Shown: piece after piece, positions 52,297 to 62,000 of the stretch | Numbering within the stretch: position 1 is the stretch's first letter | Layout: each line of letters begins with the position of its first letter | Sequence record: NC_049340.1 | Length of the DNA: 64,000 nucleotides | Reading direction: 5' to 3' (one strand) | Program-made: the position numbers and the translations under genes | The notes under the pieces: generated by a model | Told to the model about the DNA's origin: nothing | Seen by the model: only the letters and a program-made list of their open reading frames with translations | Database searches by the model: none

Positions 52297-53649
52297 ATGC
52301 AGGAAATACTAAATCAAATACCAACATATTCTGAGTTGATTCAATTTGTATCAACTCAGATGAAAACAAATCAATTCTTTCAAACTGCTGGATTCTTTGG
52401 AATGCTTACTGTAATAGCAACAAAGGGTAAGACAGTACTTAAATATATTTGGCAAAGAATTGAGCGTAAATTATTGTTTGTGGCAACTATTGAAGAGTCA
52501 GAACCAATCTATGAGTATCTAAATAAATTAATTTATGATAAACACAACAACAATTATAGAAAGATTTTAGTAAGGACTAAATACAGGAATCAATTCATGC
52601 GAAAAACTGAAAAGAATCAACCTGATTTAGGTTCGAAAGGGTCTGAAAAAATGGCTGGATATAACCGTGAGGAAACATTAGTATATGAACAAGATTCTGA
52701 CATGTTTTTTATTAGATATGGGTTACAATTATTAAAGGTTGCACATGGTCGAGAGAAGTTAGAATCTGCACAGGATATTGATAACATTTTTATGAACAGA
52801 TTTGTATTAAGTGGATTCTTTGTTAAGGGTATTATAACAAAACTATTAGATGAAGCGTTAGAACTTAAAAAGAAGCACAGAGAAAGTGAAAATAATGACC
52901 TTATTAGAGTATATACTAACTCATGTGATTATATTTGGGTAAAACAACCAAACATAAAACCAAAAACACTAGATAAAATAGTATCTAATAAAAAGGATTC
53001 TATACTTGAAGATATGAAGAAATTCATTGATAGTGAACAATGGTATGTTGATAGAGGTATTTTCTATAAACGTGGTTATATGTTCTATGGTAAAGCTGGA
53101 ACAGGAAAAACTGCATTGGCGTTAGCTATAGCATTGGAATTAAAAAGACCTATTTATTGTTTAAATCCTGCTGGATTAAATGATAATGACTTAAAGAGAT
53201 TATATCGTAGAATGGATAAGGATGCAATACTTTTATTTGAGGATGTTGATGCTGTATTCAATAAAGATAGGGATAAGCAAGACAAAAAGATAAAATTTAA
53301 TTTTAGTACATTGTTAAATTGTATTGATGGTACTTTTTATAAACACGGATTAATTACTATATTTACAACAAATCATATTGAACGATTGGATGATGCACTA
53401 AAACGTAAAGGTAGAATGGATGTTAAAGAAGAAATTAACCCACCATCAACAGAAAATATATTGGAATATTTAGATATATTTTATGGTAAGCAAACATACC
53501 AACCTATTGTTAAGGAACGTGGTTTGGTTATGGCAGATATTCAAGAAATGTGTATTGCTAATAGGGATAGTATATCAGATGCAATCCGTGCAATAAATGG
53601 CGATACATATATGAAAATAGAAGAATGTCATACGCAACAATCAGATTAA
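52297..53649 (+). CDS. BCS1-like AAA+ ATPase with N-terminal membrane anchor
   Basis: YKRGYMFYGKAGTGKT, LLFEDVD, FSTLLNCIDG, IFTTNHIERLDDALKRKGRMD. Confidence 0.8.
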   Translation: MQEILNQIPTYSELIQFVSTQMKTNQFFQTAGFFGMLTVIATKGKTVLKYIWQRIERKLLFVATIEESEPIYEYLNKLIYDKHNNNYRKILVRTKYRNQFMRKTEKNQPDLGSKGSEKMAGYNREETLVYEQDSDMFFIRYGLQLLKVAHGREKLESAQDIDNIFMNRFVLSGFFVKGIITKLLDEALELKKKHRESENNDLIRVYTNSCDYIWVKQPNIKPKTLDKIVSNKKDSILEDMKKFIDSEQWYVDRGIFYKRGYMFYGKAGTGKTALALAIALELKRPIYCLNPAGLNDNDLKRLYRRMDKDAILLFEDVDAVFNKDRDKQDKKIKFNFSTLLNCIDGTFYKHGLITIFTTNHIERLDDALKRKGRMDVKEEINPPSTENILEYLDIFYGKQTYQPIVKERGLVMADIQEMCIANRDSISDAIRAINGDTYMKIEECHTQQSD

Positions 53650-53786
53650 CAAAGGAGTTAGCAAAAAGGATAACAGATAGTCACCTAAATGTACTTAGAC
53701 ATCGTTATATACAAACACAAACAGTAATAACAGACAATTCAAAAGAAGCACAAGAATTATTTAAGAAAATTAAAAACAAATTATGA
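53625..53786 (+). CDS. Small hypothetical protein (53 aa, below the ORF-track cutoff)
   Basis: MSYATIRLTKELAKR...KNKL; stop overlaps the next ATG. Confidence 0.45.
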   Translation: MSYATIRLTKELAKRITDSHLNVLRHRYIQTQTVITDNSKEAQELFKKIKNKL

Positions 53787-54271
53787 CAACAATTTTTTAC
53801 ACAGTAGCATTATTTACCTTAGTAATTACAGTTTTGATACTAGGATATCAAAACTACACGAAGTCCTTTAAAATCAACTATATGAACACAAAAATGGACG
53901 ATTATAATAAAGAGCGTGATGATTTAAGAACAGAAGTAGTTAAAGCATTACAATTAAATGATTCCGTATTTAAGAAACTACATAAAATGTATGGCATGGC
54001 TTATGACTTACAGAAAGGTGGCACTACATTAATTGCAGAGGGATATGATGGAACAAACAAAGATGAAGTTATAAATTCTATAATTAATAAAGAATTAATA
54101 ACACCTTATGTTGGATTCAATTTACAGAAAGGTACAGCAAAATTGGTTATAGTTGATGGCGAAGATGTAAATAAATGGGTTAATCAGTTAAATGGAATAC
54201 AAAAGGAAATGATTGACCATAGCACAGCAACTCAAAGTTATGTACAAAGAACATTAACAGAAAATATTTAA
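53783..54271 (+). CDS. Hypothetical protein with N-terminal TM
   Basis: IFYTVALFTLVITVLILGY. Confidence 0.55.
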   Translation: MTTIFYTVALFTLVITVLILGYQNYTKSFKINYMNTKMDDYNKERDDLRTEVVKALQLNDSVFKKLHKMYGMAYDLQKGGTTLIAEGYDGTNKDEVINSIINKELITPYVGFNLQKGTAKLVIVDGEDVNKWVNQLNGIQKEMIDHSTATQSYVQRTLTENI

Positions 54272-54308
54272 CAACAAACCCCTTATAGAACATTTAACAT
54301 ATTAAATT

Positions 54309-54617
54309 ATGATGGAAAATAATACACCACATGCACCAGCAAGAATTTTCAATTCTACATACATATCTAAAGAGACACGTGAGCGATACGAAAAGCTAAG
54401 TAAGTATAGAAATGAATTTAATGAACAAAATCCAATAAAATACGAACTTGGATATGATTTGAATTTGGTTACCATGAAGACACCTGAACGTGGTGGATTC
54501 TCAGGAAATTCTATACCTTACGAACTTGATTTATCGGCACGAATTAACGGAATACCATTAAATTTAGAAGTTAGTAGAGTATGTGCAGACGTAATTATAC
54601 ATCACTTAGAGGATTAG
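54309..54617 (+). CDS. Hypothetical protein
   Basis: 102-aa ORF. Confidence 0.5.
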   Translation: MMENNTPHAPARIFNSTYISKETRERYEKLSKYRNEFNEQNPIKYELGYDLNLVTMKTPERGGFSGNSIPYELDLSARINGIPLNLEVSRVCADVIIHHLED

Positions 54618-54626
54618 CGGAAGCTA

Positions 54627-55395
54627 ATGAAAATATTCACCAAGAATTGGTTGTGATTGTTCACCAGTTTTACCAATTGTTGAACAATCACTTGAAAAAA
54701 TTGATAAGAAAAAGTTCAATCTTAGTAAGAGATTTGACCATTGGAATGAAAAGTTATTCGATAATCGTCTAAAACTTGATAAAGGTGTATCCTTTGGAAA
54801 AACCTCTAAGGGTTCATCAGGAATTTTTAAAGGTATGTACAAAAAGAAAGGTAAGTTAACAATTACCGAAATTTGGGATACGGAAATTGTTATTTCTGAT
54901 AAAAAAGACTATACCGAAGAAACGTTAGATATGATTCTATTACATGAAATGATTCATGCATATTTCGGAATTATTGAAAGTCGTGATGTTGGACATAATA
55001 TTGAATTTAAAGTAAAAGCCAAAGAAATTTCAAACACCGTTGGTTTTGAAGTACCATTAACGGATAATGTAACAGAAATTTCATCAGCAATAAAAGCTAA
55101 GAAAGTTGGTTGTATTTTATTCGAATTTGGGTCAAGAACCAATGTTATGTTTGCAAGTGAGAATACCTACAACAAACACATAGCAAAGTTTTTGATTGAT
55201 ACATTACCAAAGTATAGTTTTCCAGCAGACTTGAAAATAACCCACGGTATGTGCGAAACTAACTTAACTGCGGTTTATCCACTTGTTAGGAGTTTTAATA
55301 AAGTTAAGTTATACCGACTAGAAGAACAAAACGAAGACAAAATAAAGTGGCTTGAAGCCAAGGAATTTTATTTTGGTGATGAATATAATAGATAA
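54627..55395 (+). CDS. SprT-like zinc metalloprotease (~255 aa; one extra A at 54630-54633 hides the N-terminus)
   Basis: RFDHWNEKLFDNRL upstream in frame; ILLHEMIHAY...GHNIEF (HExxH plus H). Confidence 0.75.
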
Positions 55396-55397
55396 TC

Positions 55398-55880
55398 ATG
55401 TATAAAACTTTAAAATATATTGCGGAATCCGAATTAGATATTGTATCCGCATACATCAAAACAAATGATAAGAATCTAATACCTGATTTATTAAATCACA
55501 TCAAACGGAACAAAGAACTTTCATCTAGGTTAGATGAGTTTAAATCATCTACAACCACACTATATCGTGGTATACCATTAACCGAAATTTTCACAGATGA
55601 TGAGGTTTTATCATATGAACAAAGTCAAGATTTTGTTGCAACTTCACGTAGTGAGCAAATTGCACATGATTATGCCAAGGGAAAACCATCTTTACATGGT
55701 AAAGGTTCAGTAAACCCAGTAAGGTCTTTAATCCTAACATACGAAGTGAAATTTGATGATGTTATATTAGACTTAGGTATATTTGATAAACAAGACTATG
55801 GAACGCTGGAAACACTAATAAATCCAAAGACAGCCAAACTAATTAAGATTGAAGAAATCTACACAAAGGACACCAAATAA
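55398..55880 (+). CDS. Putative ADP-ribosyltransferase-fold protein (R-S-E clade)
   Basis: TLYRGI...FVATS...IAHDYA...GTLETLI. Confidence 0.55.
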   Translation: MYKTLKYIAESELDIVSAYIKTNDKNLIPDLLNHIKRNKELSSRLDEFKSSTTTLYRGIPLTEIFTDDEVLSYEQSQDFVATSRSEQIAHDYAKGKPSLHGKGSVNPVRSLILTYEVKFDDVILDLGIFDKQDYGTLETLINPKTAKLIKIEEIYTKDTK

Positions 55881-55892
55881 GGTGTCCTTTTT
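55865..55892 (+). terminator. Intrinsic terminator
   Basis: AAAGGACACC-aaataa-GGTGTCCTTTTT. Confidence 0.8.
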
Positions 55893-55967
55893 ATTTTTAT
55901 AAATATTTACTTTATTAAAAAATATTAATGATTTTTTATAAAAGTATTAGGATAAGTAAATAACGTT

Positions 55968-55979
55968 TCGTATATTTGA
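55968..55979 (+). promoter_or_regulatory. Bacteroidota-type -7 element
   Basis: TCGTATATTTGA, shared with the copies at ~56303 and ~57412. Confidence 0.6.
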
Positions 55980-56014
55980 ATAGTAAAACAGAAAAACTAC
56001 AAAAATTATTAATT

Positions 56015-56278
56015 ATGCTGTGTAATAAAAAATCTTTTGATACCGCAGATTCTGCGAATAACAGAGCCAACGAAATAAACAATAGTAATAAACACACAAC
56101 AAACAAAAAACTAAGACCATATAAATGTGATATTTGTTCAAAATACCATTTAACGAGTATGAATAAATATTCATATAAGTACAAAAAAGATAAAAAATAC
56201 AGAAACCAAGTTAGAGAAAATAACTTCATTCGTAGGGAAACTGAATATTGGAATAAAAAATTTGGGATAATTGAATAA
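56015..56278 (+). CDS. Small basic protein with a YxCxxCxxYHLTS Zn-ribbon motif
   Basis: PYKCDICSKYHLTS. Confidence 0.55.
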   Translation: MLCNKKSFDTADSANNRANEINNSNKHTTNKKLRPYKCDICSKYHLTSMNKYSYKYKKDKKYRNQVRENNFIRRETEYWNKKFGIIE

Positions 56279-56282
56279 TTTA

Positions 56283-56313
56283 TTTGTTGGTTAAAATAAT
56301 TTTCGTATATTTG
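56283..56313 (+). promoter_or_regulatory. Bacteroidota primary-sigma promoter
   Basis: TTTG 56283-56286, N19, TATATTTG 56306-56313. Confidence 0.75.
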
Positions 56314-56342
56314 ACTAGTCAAAGAGAAAAAACGTCAACAAG

Positions 56343-56762
56343 ATGAAAAAAGTAAACAATTTCGAGTCATTAAATTTAAAAGAAAAGTGGTGTTTAAAAC
56401 ACATTTTAAAGAATGGTGCATTTAATTCATTAGTTCGTATGGACTACAACTTGATGACAAGTTGGAATAATATTTTCAAACAAAATGACTTGAAAGGTTC
56501 AGAAACTTGGCATAGAATCCAAAAGGTTTTAAACAAGATGGTTGATAATGGTATCTTAGTTAGTGAGAAACATTATTTAAGAGCCGAAGTATCACCAACA
56601 CAGACAAACATTTATGTTAAGACTTATCAAATTAAACCGTACTGGCAAACAAAGAATAGAGTTGAGTTGAATGAGTTCCACGCAACATTCGCTAGTAAAT
56701 CAACAAGAGCTGAACAAAAATACAACGCAAAGAAACCATTATTAGAAAAAACATTAAAATAA
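56343..56762 (+). CDS. Hypothetical protein (possibly winged-helix-like)
   Basis: 139-aa basic ORF behind a host-type promoter. Confidence 0.55.
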   Translation: MKKVNNFESLNLKEKWCLKHILKNGAFNSLVRMDYNLMTSWNNIFKQNDLKGSETWHRIQKVLNKMVDNGILVSEKHYLRAEVSPTQTNIYVKTYQIKPYWQTKNRVELNEFHATFASKSTRAEQKYNAKKPLLEKTLK

Positions 56763-56831
56763 CATGGCAAACGAAATAGTACATATCAACAAAAAAGAGA
56801 ATACTAACGCATTTATATACATTTCAAGATA

Positions 56832-57146
56832 ATGAAAATAACATTCGAAGAATTATTAGCAGAAAAAGACTTTTTACACACAGAGTTGTTACAAAGTTTA
56901 CCACCAAAGGTAGTTGAAGATGCTGTAGAAAAAAGAGAATATGATATTAAATTGGTTGTTAATGGTGTTGATGTTGACCCAAAGTTATTAAATATAATTT
57001 TCGAAAAAACTGAAATTTTTGTTAACGAACGTTCCAAGGAAATAGTTAAAAATAAACTTGAAGAGTCTGAACAAGAAGCTGAAAAATTACTTGACCTAGT
57101 TCGAGAAGCAAAAGAATCAATTATTGATAAGTATAACTTAGATTAA
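56832..57146 (+). CDS. Hypothetical protein
   Basis: 104-aa ORF. Confidence 0.55.
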   Translation: MKITFEELLAEKDFLHTELLQSLPPKVVEDAVEKREYDIKLVVNGVDVDPKLLNIIFEKTEIFVNERSKEIVKNKLEESEQEAEKLLDLVREAKESIIDKYNLD

Positions 57147-57398
57147 TGAATCATATCAATATGGTATTGAAGATAAATATTATCATCCAAAATTAATTGT
57201 TCATTATGTTCCAAAAGGTAAACGAAAGAAAGTTGGTTATAAATTAGAAAAGCCTGTTATTGTTGATGGTTGGCAAGAAATTGATGTTGCGATAAACAAT
57301 AATGTAGCTGTGAGTGGTTGTCTTTTGATTATGAAAAATTCAATGAGATTGCAAGTAAGTTAAATAATGTTATAATTAAAAACTTTTAAATGGTATTA

Positions 57399-57423
57399 GT
57401 TAAAATATTATTCGTATATTTGA
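57399..57423 (+). promoter_or_regulatory. Bacteroidota-type promoter, near-identical to the 56290 copy
   Basis: GTTAAAATATTATTCGTATATTTGA vs GTTAAAATAATTTTCGTATATTTGA. Confidence 0.65.
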
Positions 57424-57483
57424 AACATAAAACAAAGAGATTATACACAACAAAGAAATTTTAAACGCATTAGCAGAGTAATT

Positions 57484-57777
57484 ATGTCAAAAATTAAAAC
57501 AATTTATATTAGCAAATATCTAAGTACACAAAATAATTTAATTACAGTAGATACTGTAGTTTGTATTAATGGTTCGGTTACTGTTGATGATAGAAAAGAA
57601 ATTTTCCGTAAATTTAATGAAAATGAAGTTGATGGTATTTCGGTGACAGTACCATTCATTAAAGTTGGTGGGTTTAGAATTATTGAAAATGGTAGACCTA
57701 TTAACATTGTATTTACTGATGATGTTCCTGAACAAACAAGACAAAAATTATTAACTAAAATAAATATCAAAAATTAA
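57484..57777 (+). CDS. Hypothetical protein
   Basis: 97-aa ORF. Confidence 0.5.
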   Translation: MSKIKTIYISKYLSTQNNLITVDTVVCINGSVTVDDRKEIFRKFNENEVDGISVTVPFIKVGGFRIIENGRPINIVFTDDVPEQTRQKLLTKINIKN

Positions 57778-57783
57778 AAAGAT

Positions 57784-58164
57784 ATGACAAAACAGACACG
57801 AGCCGATAGAATATTTATTGTAAATAAAATTATAGAAGAGATTTCAAATCGAGGTCGAAAGTTCTTTAGAGATAATACCGATATTGCATTCATATTTTAT
57901 TATAATGGTCGATTGTATATGCAATGTGAATATATGAAACAACATATATACCTACACACAAAATATGGATACCTACCAAAGAATTTTGCCCATGGTGGTA
58001 CGTTGTGGGGATTAGTAAAGGATTTTAAGGAATATATAATGACAGGTGAACAATGTAATGGTAAACATGGTTATGGTGGTTTATATTGTACACATTGGGG
58101 TTATCCTGAATCGGATATGAAAGAAATACAACGAGTTGCAAAAGAATTAGGATATTTAATGTAA
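57784..58164 (+). CDS. Hypothetical protein
   Basis: 126-aa ORF. Confidence 0.6.
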   Translation: MTKQTRADRIFIVNKIIEEISNRGRKFFRDNTDIAFIFYYNGRLYMQCEYMKQHIYLHTKYGYLPKNFAHGGTLWGLVKDFKEYIMTGEQCNGKHGYGGLYCTHWGYPESDMKEIQRVAKELGYLM

Positions 58165-58168
58165 TTTT

Positions 58169-58402
58169 ATGAAGAAGTTTCCAAAATTTAGATTATATTT
58201 GTACAACGGTCATGCGAACTTAGTTAAATCAAATCTCAGAAAATCAAAATTTGAATTTGATACTTTAGATTCAGCTACATTGGAAGCGGTTGCTAACGCA
58301 ACCGCAAAGAACAAACAAGTGGTAATCATTAAAGTACTATCAACAACAAAAGATGAGATCGTAGATTTTATTAACCCAAGTACAACAATTAAACGATTAT
58401 GA
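58169..58402 (+). CDS. Hypothetical protein
   Basis: 77-aa ORF. Confidence 0.5.
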   Translation: MKKFPKFRLYLYNGHANLVKSNLRKSKFEFDTLDSATLEAVANATAKNKQVVIIKVLSTTKDEIVDFINPSTTIKRL

Positions 58403-58767
58403 ATAAATTAAAAGCTATTAAAATGGACTTTTTAAAAAAACAGTTAGATGTTTTTTTAAAAACAAATGATTCTGATTTAAAAATTGGAGCGGAAGTATAT
58501 AATAATTCATATTTTATTTTTGAACAACTTTACCCTAGCATTCTTGAACATCTTTCCATTGAAGATGTTTATACTTCTAGCTATGGAACTTTAATTGTTG
58601 ACTGGGAAAAAGAAAATAATGATATTTTTTCATTAGAAATAGGTTCAAAACATTTAGGATATTTTATTGATGTTAATGGTAATTATCAAAAGCAGGTTGA
58701 TAAAATAGAAATAGAAGAATCCGTGAGCCATATACTAAAAGATTTATCAAATTTTTTAGTTGCTTAA
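58399..58767 (+). CDS. Hypothetical protein
   Basis: 122-aa ORF, ATGA overlap. Confidence 0.55.
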   Translation: MNKLKAIKMDFLKKQLDVFLKTNDSDLKIGAEVYNNSYFIFEQLYPSILEHLSIEDVYTSSYGTLIVDWEKENNDIFSLEIGSKHLGYFIDVNGNYQKQVDKIEIEESVSHILKDLSNFLVA

Positions 58768-58850
58768 ACTGTGGAAAAATTACCGAAGTTGATTTCATAT
58801 ATCACATATGATGAACACTTGGTTTCGTTAAACAACATGGTAATAACGAT

Positions 58851-59018
58851 ATGAGTAGTATTGTATATCCACCACATGAATTTGATGACTTAGTTCCAAG
58901 TAAACTACTAACAAACCACGAAGAACTAATTGTAGTGAGTACAATTCAATGGTTAGGTTCACCAGTTGGTAAGAACTTTTTAAGAGAATGTGGATTTATT
59001 GAACAAAGTGAGGATTAA
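58851..59018 (+). CDS. Small hypothetical protein (55 aa; possibly the tail of a broken longer gene)
   Basis: MSSIVYPP...STIQWLGSPVGKNFLRECGF. Confidence 0.4.
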   Translation: MSSIVYPPHEFDDLVPSKLLTNHEELIVVSTIQWLGSPVGKNFLRECGFIEQSED

Positions 59019-59064
59019 CAATCACTTTGTTTTATACTAGAAATATTATAAAACGTTATACTTT

Positions 59065-62000
59065 ATGAAGATAAAAATTGTACATGGTGCTGACATCCAA
59101 ATACAAATAACCAACCATGGTGCTGGTAGGGATAGGCATGATGAATATAAGCTTGGAATTGAAAGGTTTGTAACGGAATTAGCCAAAATTAGACCACACA
59201 TCCTAGTACTACCTGGCGACATGTTCGAGGAATGGAATGCTAATGGTGATGAGACTAAAATGTTTGCTAATATGCTACATTCGTGTTTACCACATTGTGA
59301 TAGAATAGTTGTAATAGATGGTAACCATGACCTTAAACAACGTAATTCATTGGTTGTTGAGCGTTCTGAAAAGCGTATGCAAACATCAGCAATTGAATCA
59401 CAAGTAGTAGCCATAAACAATCATAAGATTTCGTATTATTGTGATACAGGTTTTCATCAAGACCAAAAGTTTCCAATTACGTGGGCAGTATGGTCACATA
59501 AATGGAAGTTTAGTTCAACAGTAGAAAATCCGTTACCATATTCACCATATGAGAATGGTAATAAACCACCACAAAACGGTAATGCGGTTATTGAATTATT
59601 CCATGACCCTATTAGAAGTTGTAAAGGTTTTGATGGAAAGGCTAATCCAGTATTTGATGATTATAAAATATCATTGGAGAACTTTGGGTCAAATATTATT
59701 ATTGCTGGTGATATTCACTCACCTGATATTATTTGGTTTGGTTCTAATAAGGAAAAGTTATTTACATATAGTTCATCATTAGTTCAGCGTAATTATGGTG
59801 AGGGAGATGTTTATTATGGTGAGAAAATATCTATTAAAGGTAATGACCAACATGGATTCAATATTATTGAAGTAGATACGAAATTAAATAGAGCAACTTC
59901 ATGTACGTTCGTTAAGTTACCTAATCCAGTATCAAGACACACTATTCATTTAGGTAAAGACTTCAATTATGATAAGATTGAATTATTATCAATTAGAGCA
60001 ACTGCATTCAATAGAATTAAATTAGTTGTTGATGGTAATGTTCAACAATATATAGCAAATGAAGAGGCTATTATAACCCACCTAAAAAAGAATTACGAAT
60101 GTTTAGTTGAGGTTTCATATGAGTCTAGTGCATTTGATATAGATGTTGACGAATCGTTAATAGAATCTGTTGAAAGTATTGCAGATACCGATACCATATT
60201 AAAAATTGCTGATACTTATATTGAAGAAACTGTAAATAAATCTAAAAGCATCTTACCTGAACAAAAGAATGATGCTATACAGTATATCAAAAATTCTTTA
60301 CGTTCTGAGTTATCTAAGGTTGAAACATCATTGGTAAAAAATGAAATTAAGTTGGTTAAAGCTAAGATTTCAAACTTTATGTCATTCTCTACAAATGTTG
60401 AAATAAATTTTGGTGATATTTCCATAAATAAGATAAGTGGTACAAATGGTGTTGGTAAAACAACTATATTTAGTTTCATTCTTTGGATGATTACAGATTT
60501 AATTTCCGAGTTCCAATCAGCACGTAATAAGAATTATAATTACTCATTATACTTCAATGATAGTTCTGAATTAGATACTGTAGGTGATGAATTACAATTC
60601 TTAAAGAATGGTCAATTACATATATTAAAGAAGAAATTAACACGCACACGTAAAAAGAATGGTAGTGTAAATGGTTATGAGGTTTCATTATCTTTAGAAT
60701 CACCAAATATTACATCATCAGACCGTGAAGAGATTATGACTTATTTAATGGAAGAGGTTGCAACATTTGAGGAACTTAACCGTTCTATGTTCATTAACCA
60801 AACAACGTTAACAAAGTTGATAAAAACATCAACAGCAGACTTAAATAAGCGTATACTTAAAAACATTGGTGTTGATTTCTTTGAGGGTATGTTGAGTACT
60901 TATGATGAGTTACGTTCTAATGCAATGGAAGAGGTTGAAAAGCCACTAAAAACTATCGAAGAGTTAATCGAAGATAAAAATATGCGTGGTGAAGAGGTTA
61001 AAACTATTGGTGATAAAATATCAACATTAAAATCACAAGTATTACCTATAGAAACCGTAATTACTGAATATGATTCTGAGATTGAAAAAGACCTAGAATT
61101 ATTACATAATGTTCCTGAGGTATCTGTTGTAGAAGATAATATAACAAGAACTGAAAAGTTAATTACAGAAAAAGAAACGGAATTAACAAACAAATCAGAT
61201 GAAATAAAGCAAACAGAAGAATTAATAACTAAAACAGATGTAACATCTATTAATAATAGATTAAATGCACAACAAATAGTTATTAATGGTGTAGCTAATG
61301 ATATTAAACTTAAAGAAAGTTCAATAAACACATACAAGGATAGGGTAATAAGTCTTAAAAAAGATGCACAACAAACTGCAACAATTGTTAAGAATGAATT
61401 ATCGGTAATTGTAACCAACATAGAAAAGGAAATTTCTGAACTAGATTTAAAGAAGTCTTCTAGTGAGTCTAAAAAACAAACAGCACTTAACAATTATCAA
61501 TCATTATTAAATGGTAAGATATCAGAAAGGCAACAAACGTTAAATACACTTAATAAGAATAAGAGTGATATTGAATTATTGCTATCTAATAACGAAAATA
61601 AGCGAACTTCTATTAAAAATGGTGTTACAGTACTAGAGACTGAAATAAAAGGCTTAAAACGTGAATTAGAGTTGAAGAATGGTGAGGATAATTTCAAGTG
61701 TCCTACATGTTCACAACCATTACCTGAGGATAAACAAAAAGAAATTCAAAAAGGTGTTGAGTATTTAAATAAACAAATAGTTGATAAATCAAATTTAGTA
61801 AAAGACGAACAAACCAAAGTTGTTGACCTACAAAAAGAATATGATACTATAAAAGATGAACAATTAACACCTGTTATTGATTCTATAGATAAGTGTTCTA
61901 AAATAATTGAAAAGTTAGGTGAACTGAAACTAGAACACATAAACGAAAAGGTAGATAAAGCCTCATTCGATATGTACATGGAATCGGTTAATGAACTAAA

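Noticed and set aside
57147-57390. Open stretch without a clear start (NESYQYGIEDKYYHPKLIV...)
   Set aside because: It is probably another indel-damaged small gene, but its boundaries cannot be fixed from the sequence
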